Shown one piece after another: positions 39,428 to 48,291 of a stretch of 64,000 bases of DNA. This stretch comes from an uncultured cyanobacterium (GTDB lineage Bacteria; Cyanobacteriota; Cyanobacteriia; PCC-9006; JAAUQQ01): positions 4,128,001 through 4,192,000 of the forward strand of contig OY970368.1 of assembly GCA_963718615.1 (NCBI GenBank), in the 5' to 3' direction. A program made the position numbers and the translations under genes. Each line of letters begins with the position of its first letter. Position 1 is the stretch's first letter. The notes beneath the pieces were generated by a model. It made no database searches. It saw only the letters and a list, made by a program, of their open reading frames with translations, and was not told the DNA's origin.

Positions 39428-42120
39428 ACATTTCTCCGCTTAAACCCTGGCGTTTTCTGGCATTAGTCGGTCTCACGTTTTGCCTGATTCTGGTAAGTGG
39501 GATGGGCAGCAGTGCGCGAGTGCAGGCTCGCATCGCTCCGATAGTTCAAACAGCGGCTGTTCCCGCAACTGTTGCCCAGGCCGAAATCAAGGCCGAAATC
39601 AAAGCCGAAATCAAGGATTGGGCCACCTGGGGACAACACCAACACCAAGCGGCGATCGCCCTCCAATCCCAAGGCCAATGGGCACTTGCCGATGCGATCC
39701 TCAGCCCCGCCATCGAGAAACTTGCCCCAAAATCCTTCCCCTTGCTGAGAGCCCAACTCCTGGATAGCCTCGCCCTAGGCCAACTCCAACAGGGACAAGC
39801 CGCCGCCGCCCTCGAAACCTGGCAGCAGGCGGAGCAATCCTATCGACAGGTCCGCCCTGGCCAAACCTCTCCTGAGACGGTTTCCGCCGAACAAGTGCAG
39901 CAAGCCCTGCTGGGTAATCGCATCAACCAAGTGCAGGCCCTGCGAAACCTGGGTTTCTATCGCCGAGCCCAAACCCAGCTAGAGCAGATTCAGCAAACCC
40001 TCCACCAGCGCCCCGACGATGGGCTCAAGGTGAAAGCCCTGCAAAGTCTGGGGGTAACCCTGCGAGCTGTCGGGGAGGGGGAACGCTCCCAAACCACCCT
40101 CGAAACCGCCCTGCGACTCGCCCAATCGCTTAATTTACCTCAAGCCGAGATCAATGCTCTCCGCCTCAGCCTAGCCAAAACCCTGGAAGCTCAGGGCAAT
40201 GGCCAAGCTGCCCAAGCGTTGTATCAGCAAATCAAAGATCAACCCGTCCCAAATCTGCTCTCCTCAAAACCGTCCCATCAACCCCTTCAAAACCAGCCCA
40301 CGACCCCCGCAGCCTGGGAAGCCGAACTGCAACAGCTCCGCCTCTGGAGTCAAAATCGTCAGACCGATCGAGTCTGGCAACAGGCCCCAGGCTTAGCCGC
40401 CCAGCTCATTGCTCTGCCAGCCAGCCGCTGGGGGATTGACGCCCAGGTGAATCTGGCAAACACCCTGATGGACAGCCGAGGCACCGATTCCGCCCTCAGA
40501 CCCCACCAAGCTGCGGCGATCGCGCAACTCCTCCAAAATGCCCTCCAGCAAGCCCGCAGCCTCTCCGATCCCAGGGCCGAATCCTACGCTCTGGGCTACC
40601 TCGGCCATCTGTATGAACAACAAGGACAAACCAGCGATGCCCTCAGTCTGACACGACAGGCGATCGCCCTCGCCCAGCAAGCTCAAGAAGCCAACGCCCT
40701 CACCCGCGCCCTCACCCAATGGCAATGGCAGTTGGGTCGTTTGTTAGCAGCTCAGGGGGATCGCAAAGGGGCGATCGCCCTCTATACCGAAGCCTTCCAG
40801 GGTCTCGAAACCCTCCAGCTCGATCTCGTCACCATGAACCCCGAGGTTCAATTCAGCTTTCGCGAACAAGTAGAGCCGGTCTATCGCCAACTGGTCGATC
40901 TGCTGCTCACCGATCTGGATAACCTCCCTACGCCCCAACAGCAACTGCAACTGCGTCAGGCCCGTCAGGTGATAGAGGCCCTGCAACTGGCAGAATTGCA
41001 AGACTATTTCCGCAGCGCCTGTCTCACCTATGAAGAACAGGCCATTGAGGACATCGATCCTCAGGCGGCGGTGCTGTATCCGATTGTGTTGGGCGATCGC
41101 ATCGAAGTCATCGCCTCCCTCCCCAATCAACCCCTGAAGCACTACAGCACCCAGATCTCAAGCCAGTCGCAACAACAACTGTTTGCAACGATGCAAACGG
41201 CCCTGCATCCCATTCAGCCCGCCACCCAAGTCCTCAAACCGGCTCAGCGGTTTTACGATATCCTAGTACGCCCCCTAGAGACCGAACTGGCCCAGCAGGA
41301 TATCCAAACCCTCGTTTTTGTCGCTGATGGCTTTCTCCGCAGCGTTCCCATGGCAGCCCTGCACGATGGCCAACAATTCCTCGTGGAAAAATATGCCCTG
41401 GCCCTCAGCCCCGGTTTGCAATTACTCAATGCAGCCAAGATTAGCGCCCAAACGCTACAAAAACCGGAACAACTGCTCCTAGCGGGTATTTCTCAATCGA
41501 TTCAGGGCTTCCTCCCCCTGCCTGCGGTTCCGCGAGAACTGGACAGTATCCAACAACGTTTACCCAGTAAAGCCTTGTTGAATGAGAACTTTACCCGCAG
41601 TGCTTTAACCCAGCAACTTGAGAAGAATAATCTATCCATTCTTCATTTAGCCACCCATGGTCAATTCAGTTCAAAGGCGGAGGACACTTTTGTATTGGCC
41701 TGGGATGATCGAATCAACGTTAGGGATCTTGACCCGCTCCTCGCCCCCCAGGGGCGGACAGCTCAAGCTCGCGCAGGGCTAAGGTCAGGGCTACGGTCAG
41801 GGGCAGGGTCGGGAGCATTGCGATCGCTCGAACTCCTCGTCCTCAGCGCCTGCGAAACCGCCAAAGGCGATCAGCGAGCCACCCTAGGCATGGCCGGGGT
41901 AGCAGTTCGTTCCGGAGCCCGCAGCACTGTTGCCAGTCTTTGGAGCGTCTTTGACACCTCGACATCCCTAGCCATGCCCACCTTCTACGAAAATCTCATC
42001 GAACCCGATGTCTCCCGAGCCGAGGCCCTGCGTCGTGCCCAATTGAGCTTATTGAAGAATCCGGCATATCAGCATCCCTACTACTGGGCACCGTTTGTTT
42101 TGATTGGAAACTGGCAATGA
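39424..42120 (+). CDS. Exported TPR-CHAT (caspase-like CD clan) protease
   Basis: Signal peptide, TPR repeats, catalytic LHLATHG and LSACETA, terminal HPYYWAPFVLIGNW; ATGA overlap with the upstream stop. Confidence 0.92.
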   Translation: MNISPLKPWRFLALVGLTFCLILVSGMGSSARVQARIAPIVQTAAVPATVAQAEIKAEIKAEIKDWATWGQHQHQAAIALQSQGQWALADAILSPAIEKLAPKSFPLLRAQLLDSLALGQLQQGQAAAALETWQQAEQSYRQVRPGQTSPETVSAEQVQQALLGNRINQVQALRNLGFYRRAQTQLEQIQQTLHQRPDDGLKVKALQSLGVTLRAVGEGERSQTTLETALRLAQSLNLPQAEINALRLSLAKTLEAQGNGQAAQALYQQIKDQPVPNLLSSKPSHQPLQNQPTTPAAWEAELQQLRLWSQNRQTDRVWQQAPGLAAQLIALPASRWGIDAQVNLANTLMDSRGTDSALRPHQAAAIAQLLQNALQQARSLSDPRAESYALGYLGHLYEQQGQTSDALSLTRQAIALAQQAQEANALTRALTQWQWQLGRLLAAQGDRKGAIALYTEAFQGLETLQLDLVTMNPEVQFSFREQVEPVYRQLVDLLLTDLDNLPTPQQQLQLRQARQVIEALQLAELQDYFRSACLTYEEQAIEDIDPQAAVLYPIVLGDRIEVIASLPNQPLKHYSTQISSQSQQQLFATMQTALHPIQPATQVLKPAQRFYDILVRPLETELAQQDIQTLVFVADGFLRSVPMAALHDGQQFLVEKYALALSPGLQLLNAAKISAQTLQKPEQLLLAGISQSIQGFLPLPAVPRELDSIQQRLPSKALLNENFTRSALTQQLEKNNLSILHLATHGQFSSKAEDTFVLAWDDRINVRDLDPLLAPQGRTAQARAGLRSGLRSGAGSGALRSLELLVLSACETAKGDQRATLGMAGVAVRSGARSTVASLWSVFDTSTSLAMPTFYENLIEPDVSRAEALRRAQLSLLKNPAYQHPYYWAPFVLIGNWQ
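39580..39615 (+). repeat. 12-bp in-frame repeat x3 (AEIK)
   Basis: GCCGAAATCAAR x3. Confidence 0.85.
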
Positions 42121-42164
42121 ACAGGGAGAACGGGGAGAACTGGAACTGGCAAGTGGCAAAGATT

Positions 42165-43058
42165 ATGGTAAATCCTCAAGCAATGGCGGCTCCAACCCCT
42201 TCCGTTTCTGGGTGGCCGCGCAGGATGGCGATCGCCTGCACTCTCGTTCTGCTGACTATCCCCGCCCAAAGCCTCAGGCCAGCCCAAGCTCAAACCCAAA
42301 CCCAAACCCAAACCCAAACCCAAACCCAAGAGACCTCAACCCAGGAACGCTCCCAGAAACGCCCTCAGTCCAGATCATCCAGGAATTCTATCCTGCAACG
42401 CCTGAGGAATTTTGTCAGCAACAGGTCACGGCTTGGACCCACCTTGGCAGAAGACCTGGGCTTTAACGATGCCTTTGTTCCACCGGGAAATAAAGCCCCA
42501 AAATCGACGGAAAATGGCAGCGCCCGCGACGAACTTCACTGCAAGGCGGGTGAACCAACAATTACAGCACTGATGCCCAAGGGGAATTACGGACTCACCA
42601 CCCAGTCCCGGCCCATTCTTTTTGTGGCAGCCTCCCAGCTCTCAGCGCAACGGGTGGTTATTGCCTTTCAAACGGAAACGGGAGAGGATTATCGTCAGGC
42701 CATTTTGCCCCTGCCCCGTGGTGATTCAGCCGAAAATCCCTTAGCCCAGCCTCCCTCCGGTAAGAATTCCTCCAGGATTTTGCGGTTTCAACTGCCTGAA
42801 TCCCTGGGTCCACTGGCGGTGGGTCAAAACTACCGCTGGTCCCTGGCCTTTATCTGCGGCGACTATCTGGAGCCCAGCGATCCGATGCTTAGTGGCTGGG
42901 TGCAACATGTCGAAGTGAGCCCGCTCAAGCAACAGCTTAAGGAGGCGGACATCCCATCGCTCAGTCAACAGGGCTATTGGTACGACGTGCTTAAACTTTT
43001 GGATGAGCAACTTTTGGATGAGCAACTTTTGGATGAGCCAGGAAATTTAGCCCCATAA
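42165..43058 (+). CDS. DUF928 family exported protein
   Basis: F.PP...AP....GSAR..C, ALMP....GLT....P, L.VGQNYRW....IC, GWVQ, G.WYD; start is ATG 42165 or 42117. Confidence 0.85.
   Translation: MVNPQAMAAPTPSVSGWPRRMAIACTLVLLTIPAQSLRPAQAQTQTQTQTQTQTQETSTQERSQKRPQSRSSRNSILQRLRNFVSNRSRLGPTLAEDLGFNDAFVPPGNKAPKSTENGSARDELHCKAGEPTITALMPKGNYGLTTQSRPILFVAASQLSAQRVVIAFQTETGEDYRQAILPLPRGDSAENPLAQPPSGKNSSRILRFQLPESLGPLAVGQNYRWSLAFICGDYLEPSDPMLSGWVQHVEVSPLKQQLKEADIPSLSQQGYWYDVLKLLDEQLLDEQLLDEPGNLAP
42291..42329 (+). repeat. CAAACC x6.5 microsatellite (QT repeat)
   Basis: Direct reading; encodes QTQTQT after the signal peptide. Confidence 0.9.
42994..43038 (+). repeat. 15-bp repeat x3 (LLDEQ)
   Basis: AACTTTTGGATGAGC x3 at the 3' end of DUF928. 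Confidence 0.9.
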
Positions 43059-43258
43059 AGCTTGGTTCACTGGTGTTTGCCCATGTTTCCGCCCATGCCC
43101 AATCCTGCATCCAAGTCACCGCTTCCCGAAGGTCAAACGGTTGGGAGGGTATTATCCGGGATAATCTGAGTTTGGAAGAGTACCCATAGCAATCCTGAAG
43201 AGTGATATCGATTTGATTCGGATTGAGACCCTCGCTCTGTTTCTTGAACAACTCACTC

Positions 43259-43290
43259 AAAAAAACCGAAGGCAACAAGCTGCCTTCGGT
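43259..43290 (-). terminator. Intrinsic terminator
   Basis: A-tract then ACCGAAGGCA-acaagc-TGCCTTCGGT, downstream of the minus-strand exoprotein. Confidence 0.75.
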
Positions 43291-43351
43291 CCTGAATTCA
43301 GAATTTCTCTGAAATGAGCTGGGATTGCATCAATAGAAGATGCTGTGCGGT

Positions 43352-46300
43352 CTAACCAATGAACTGGAAGCTGGAGCTTGCTAAGTTCAAGTTGGTATTG
43401 CCCTCAAAGACGGCGATCGCATCCCGACTCTTACCGGCACTATCACTCAAACAATAGAGGGTAGTAGAACCCAGTCCTGGGTGAACCTCCAGGCTGTACT
43501 GACTGGCAGGGCCATGGAGAACCGCAACATCTTCACCCACGGAGAAGTCCTTGATGACGGCAAAGCCACCCCATTCATCACCGAAGTAGTAGGAGGTATC
43601 GTTGTTGGTGAGGATGAAGCGATCGCGACCGGCACCGCCAGTTAGCGTATCAACTTCAAACCGGCCTAGCGTCAGATCATTGGTACCATTGACTGTGTCG
43701 TCACCAGCGCCACCCAGCAAGTGGTCATTGCCAGCTCCGCCGCTGAGGTGGTCGTTGCCCCCCAGACCTTCCAGTTTGTCATTGCCACCCAAGCCAAAGA
43801 TGGAGTCAGCTCCATCCGTACCCTTGAGGGGCCAATCGGCTCTCTCAGTGCCAAAGATCTCATTCTTGCCACCGCCCTGCAGTTTCACAATCCCTGCATC
43901 CACAGCGCTATTGAACTCAGCCGGAGCCAAGGCAATCACACCTGTCATGCCAGAAACGGGATCTGCATCAGAATCCAGTGCTTCGTTGCTCCCCACATTA
44001 GCGGCAGTCAAACCAAAACCGGGTGCCACTTGGCTAAAAGTCACTTTGTAGTTACCAGCAGCCAAGTTACTAAAGCCGTAGTAGCCATTATCACCGACCA
44101 CTTGACTACCCACCTTAACATCATCGCCAGTACCAATGACGCCGTCTTGACCTCCACCTGTCAGAGTCACGCGCACGCCGCCAAAGCCACCTTCGCCATT
44201 GTCATGAATTCCATTGGCATTGGCATCAAAGAAAACGCGGTTGCCAATAAAACCCGTTTTGGGATCAACCAGTGCATTAACAGACACCTGCACCTGAGCA
44301 GTATCTTCGCCACCGTTACCGTCATTGACGTGGTAAGAGAAGACCTCGTTACCCACAAAGCCAGCATTGGGAGCAAAGCTTAGTTGACCATTGGGTCGCA
44401 GCGTCACAGCACCATTGGCCGTAGCAACCGTTTGTCCTGGAGCAATGGGCCGACCATTCAAAGAGGTGATGGACAGAGGGTCTCCGTTCGGGTCGGTATC
44501 GTTCGCGAGGGCGTTGATCGTGACGGGCGTTCCAACGGTGGTGCTGGCGCTGTCGTTGACCGCATTGGGGGCCTGGTTACGGTTGACTTCCACCAAACCC
44601 GCATCAACGGAACTGAGAGATTGCCCCGGAGCCAGGTTAATGATTCCTGTTACACCAGTGGTGGGATCCGCATCGGAGTCAATGTTGTTGTTGATGCCTA
44701 CCTTGGCTGCGGTAAAGCTTAGACCATTGGGTAGCTGACTAAAGCCAACTTTGTACTGATCTGCCCCTAGGCTACCGAAACCGTAGAAACCTCCATTGCC
44801 CGTGGTTTGGGTGCGCACTACATCGTCGCTGCTGCCAAAGGCACCGTCTGATCCTGCCCCGACTAGAGTGACTCGTACGCCATCTACACCGCCTTCACCG
44901 TTATCTTGAACACCATTTTGGTTGGCATCAAAGAAAACACGGTTGCCGATAAAACCGGTCTTAGGATCGACAGGAGCATTCACCCTTACTTGGACTTGAG
45001 CCGTATCTTCGCCACCGCGCCCATCATTGGCATGGTAGGAGAAGGTTTCTGTGCCAGTGAAACCAGCATTCGGTGCAAAACTCAGTTGCCCATTGGGTTG
45101 CAGCGTCACGGAACCATTAGCGGTCGGAACTGTTTGTCCTGGTGCAATCGACTGACCATTCAAAGAAGTAATCGCCAGTGGGTCACCATTGGGGTCTGTG
45201 TCATTGCCGAGGGCATTGATCGTGACGGGTGTTCCAACGGTGGTGCTAGCGGTATCATTGACCGCATCAGGTGCTTGATTGCGGTTAACGGCCACCACCC
45301 CCGCATCAACGGAGCTGAGGGATTGTCCCGGAACCAGGTTAATGTTGGCGGTCATACCGTTGGCTGGATTGGCATCGGAATCACGAGCTTCGTCACCACC
45401 CACATCAGGAGTTGTAAAGGCACGGTCAGCAGGAAGGTTGCTGAAGGTAACCTTGTAGGTGTCAGCCGCGAGGTTGTTGAAACCATAGAAGCCACCATCA
45501 GCCGTCACTTGGCTGCCAACAGTGACATCATCGAAAGTGCCGATTGTACCGTCTTGTCCAGCACTGGTTAGGGTGACACGAATGCCAGCAGCACCTCCTT
45601 CGCCGTTGTCTTGAACACCATTTTGGTTGGCATCGAAGAAGACACGGTTGCCGATAAAACCCGTCTTGGGGTCAACCGGTGCATTAATAGACACCTGCAC
45701 CTGGGCAGTATCTTCGCCCCCCTTACCATCGTTGACATGGTAGGAAAAGACTTCATTGCCCACAAAACCAGTATTGGGGGCAAAACTCAGTTGACCATTG
45801 GGCTGCAGCGTCACAGAACCATTAGCTGTAGCAACCGTTTGTCCCGGTGCGATGGGCCGACCATTGAGAGACGTGATGGACAGCAGGTCTCCGTTGGGGT
45901 CGCTATCGTTCGCTAGGACATTGATCGTGACGGGAGTTCCAACCGTGGTGCTCGCAGTATCGTTGTTGGCATTAGGAGCCTGGTTAGGGCGAGGTGCAAC
46001 AGCAACCTCAACCTGAGCTGTATCTTCGCCTCCATTACCATCACTCACATGGTAAGAAAAGTTTGCGCTACCTACAAAGCCTGGGTTGGGGGTGAAACCC
46101 AGTTGACCATTAGCTTGTAAAGTCACAGATCCATTTGCAGTTGCAATGGTTTGTCCTGGTGCAATGGGTTGACCATTGAGGGATGTGATAACTAAGGCAT
46201 CACCATCAGGATCACTATCATTACCCAGGACATTGATGCTGACAGATTGACCGGAGATAACGGTAGCCAAATCATTCTGAGCGTTCGGAGCCTCCTGTAC

Positions 46301-46645
46301 ATTCTTAACCTTGACAGACAGAAGCTGGCTATCGGTATACCCTGCAGCATCCTTAACCTGAATTTTTACGTCATAGATGCTATCCCGAGAAATAGCATCA
46401 CGGGGATTCTCAAAGTCTGGAGCCTGTTTAAAGAAAAGTTGACCATTGCGCGCATCAATTTCAAAAAGATGGGCATCGGCCCCACCAACAATACTATATC
46501 TCAAGCGTCCATTGGCCTCGGTACTAACAGCGCCAGAGGTTTCCACATCGGTCACGAAACGGGTATTTTCGTTGACGTCAACATGGGCCTTATCACCACC
46601 GCCATTACTCTTAATGACGGGCTTATTATTCCAAAAAAAAGTCAT
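43352..46645 (-). CDS. Cadherin-like / Ig-like x4 / SdrD-B x3 / RTX exoprotein (adhesin-like; paralog of 29616-31952)
   Basis: Same N-terminal cadherin-like domain; three [Ig-like + IGNRVFFDAN SdrD-B] units; GGxGxD repeats; T1SS-like C-terminus ending FQFIG. ATG at 46645 (ORF track 46735). Confidence 0.88.
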   Translation of the reverse strand: MTFFWNNKPVIKSNGGGDKAHVDVNENTRFVTDVETSGAVSTEANGRLRYSIVGGADAHLFEIDARNGQLFFKQAPDFENPRDAISRDSIYDVKIQVKDAAGYTDSQLLSVKVKNVQEAPNAQNDLATVISGQSVSINVLGNDSDPDGDALVITSLNGQPIAPGQTIATANGSVTLQANGQLGFTPNPGFVGSANFSYHVSDGNGGEDTAQVEVAVAPRPNQAPNANNDTASTTVGTPVTINVLANDSDPNGDLLSITSLNGRPIAPGQTVATANGSVTLQPNGQLSFAPNTGFVGNEVFSYHVNDGKGGEDTAQVQVSINAPVDPKTGFIGNRVFFDANQNGVQDNGEGGAAGIRVTLTSAGQDGTIGTFDDVTVGSQVTADGGFYGFNNLAADTYKVTFSNLPADRAFTTPDVGGDEARDSDANPANGMTANINLVPGQSLSSVDAGVVAVNRNQAPDAVNDTASTTVGTPVTINALGNDTDPNGDPLAITSLNGQSIAPGQTVPTANGSVTLQPNGQLSFAPNAGFTGTETFSYHANDGRGGEDTAQVQVRVNAPVDPKTGFIGNRVFFDANQNGVQDNGEGGVDGVRVTLVGAGSDGAFGSSDDVVRTQTTGNGGFYGFGSLGADQYKVGFSQLPNGLSFTAAKVGINNNIDSDADPTTGVTGIINLAPGQSLSSVDAGLVEVNRNQAPNAVNDSASTTVGTPVTINALANDTDPNGDPLSITSLNGRPIAPGQTVATANGAVTLRPNGQLSFAPNAGFVGNEVFSYHVNDGNGGEDTAQVQVSVNALVDPKTGFIGNRVFFDANANGIHDNGEGGFGGVRVTLTGGGQDGVIGTGDDVKVGSQVVGDNGYYGFSNLAAGNYKVTFSQVAPGFGLTAANVGSNEALDSDADPVSGMTGVIALAPAEFNSAVDAGIVKLQGGGKNEIFGTERADWPLKGTDGADSIFGLGGNDKLEGLGGNDHLSGGAGNDHLLGGAGDDTVNGTNDLTLGRFEVDTLTGGAGRDRFILTNNDTSYYFGDEWGGFAVIKDFSVGEDVAVLHGPASQYSLEVHPGLGSTTLYCLSDSAGKSRDAIAVFEGNTNLNLASSSFQFIG
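43880..45990 (-). repeat. Three intragenic repeats of about 700 bp (Ig-like + SdrD-B)
   Basis: NQAP.A.ND.ASTTVGTPVTIN...DPKTGFIGNRVFFDAN recurs three times; boundaries approximate. Confidence 0.8.
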
Positions 46646-48291
46646 AGCAAATAGTCCTAACCAGAGAACATTGACAACGCACCGAATAAGCCCATAACCC
46701 AACTCACGCACTACAAAAATCCTACAAAGATTCAACTCTCAGCTTTCGGGAGGTAGGTTAAATGTAATTTTGGGATTTGCGATCGCCATACCAAAGACAA
46801 TCCAAATCACCGACAAGAGATGCAAGCAATTACTGATGCGATATTGAAATCGTACCAGACAAACTCAGCTTGTCAAATTCACCATCCTCCTTTTCAAGAA
46901 GCCATGAATTTGAATGAAAGAACACCTAAACCCCCAAAAACAAAGGAGTTTACAATCCAGACAAAAATTCATTTTTGACGAAAAATTACTTCACAGAAAA
47001 TCTTTTTATAACACTTTAATTAAGTTTCACATTAGCCACAAAAGCTCTAAATAGCATCAAGAATACTTGATACTTTCTGGTAATCAATTGTATTCTTTTG
47101 TGCCCATCGATCACACAATTCAGACAACATCGCTCTAGCACGAGAATTAAAAAAAGACATTGAAATTTACGCCAATGGCCAAGCAAGAGAGAAAAGAATG
47201 CTGTCTTGGCAGTCGACATCCAACACAAAAAAGCTAGGGCAAAGAGTGAAGAAAAAATTTTGATATAAACCCCAAGCAGCAGATCCGGACTGTTAGTTGA
47301 CCCTATTATTTGCTATTGCCGCCGTTGCTTTTAAGGCATAAATAATAGACTGATTGACAAGCTTTATTTGAGGATTGCTTTTCTTGACTATCCCTTAAAG
47401 GCAAACAAGCCATGACTGATTTTTTAATTATTCAACTTCAATCTCTAATCCCAACAGACATCCTCTTGGAGAACTTATACATCTTACAAACATAAAAAAC
47501 AGCGATTCAAATATAGAGTTTCAAAAATACGAAAGAAATCGAATGGTTTTCTCTTTCTATTTTTATCTTGTGCCGTGGACTCAGTATTGCGTGGCTTCAA
47601 AAAACTTCAATCTTATCAACCTAAATCATTCCCATCGGATGTGATCGGAAGAGAAGAAGCGGAACAGAAGCAAATACTCCTAGCTCACTGAAACGAGGGA
47701 ACCATAGTGCCTGGAAGCTCGTGAATCAGAGCTCGTGAAACAGCAGCAGATTACAACTTACTTTCACCTTAGGATCAATTCTGACTGCATTATTGCTCTA
47801 AATTTGTAGGCATCTGGATATAAGATAGATGAGTATACGCAGAAGCACTGTATACTTTTGTGGCCAGTATTGTGTTTTTTGAGGAACGGCATAGTCTGAC
47901 CGTTGAACGCGCTCAGGCTAGGAACAGGGAGTCTCACCCCTTTGGGAAAGTAAATGAGTAGCCGACAGCGCTCAATGATTTCTAGAAATATTAAGTCTAA
48001 AAAATACAGAATAAAACTTTAATCCACGTTCAAGCAAAACGACTGGTTTTTGGACCTTAATTATGCTTTAAGCATGGATCAAATTGCCTCTTGGCGTTTT
48101 TAGAGGGCTGTTTTACGATGCAAGGGCTTGCCCAAAAGAAACATTTAAAAATCAAAAACCCAATAGATTTTCAACAGTTTTTACGGATTTTTCTGGCCAC
48201 TAAAGCACCACTAAAGCAGCACCCAAGCGATAGCTCTGCGCAACAGAGTAGATCTCTGCATTTTTGTACGTACAGGAGATATTGAACCAAG

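Noticed and set aside
42991-43278. 95-aa minus-strand ORF between DUF928 and the adhesin
   Set aside because: Starts inside a terminator hairpin and overlaps the 15-bp repeat; no motif
47690-47760. GAGGGAACCA...GTGAATC resembling the 5' part of a c-di-AMP riboswitch
   Set aside because: The downstream GTCAGCTAAC-type element and the pairing are not present
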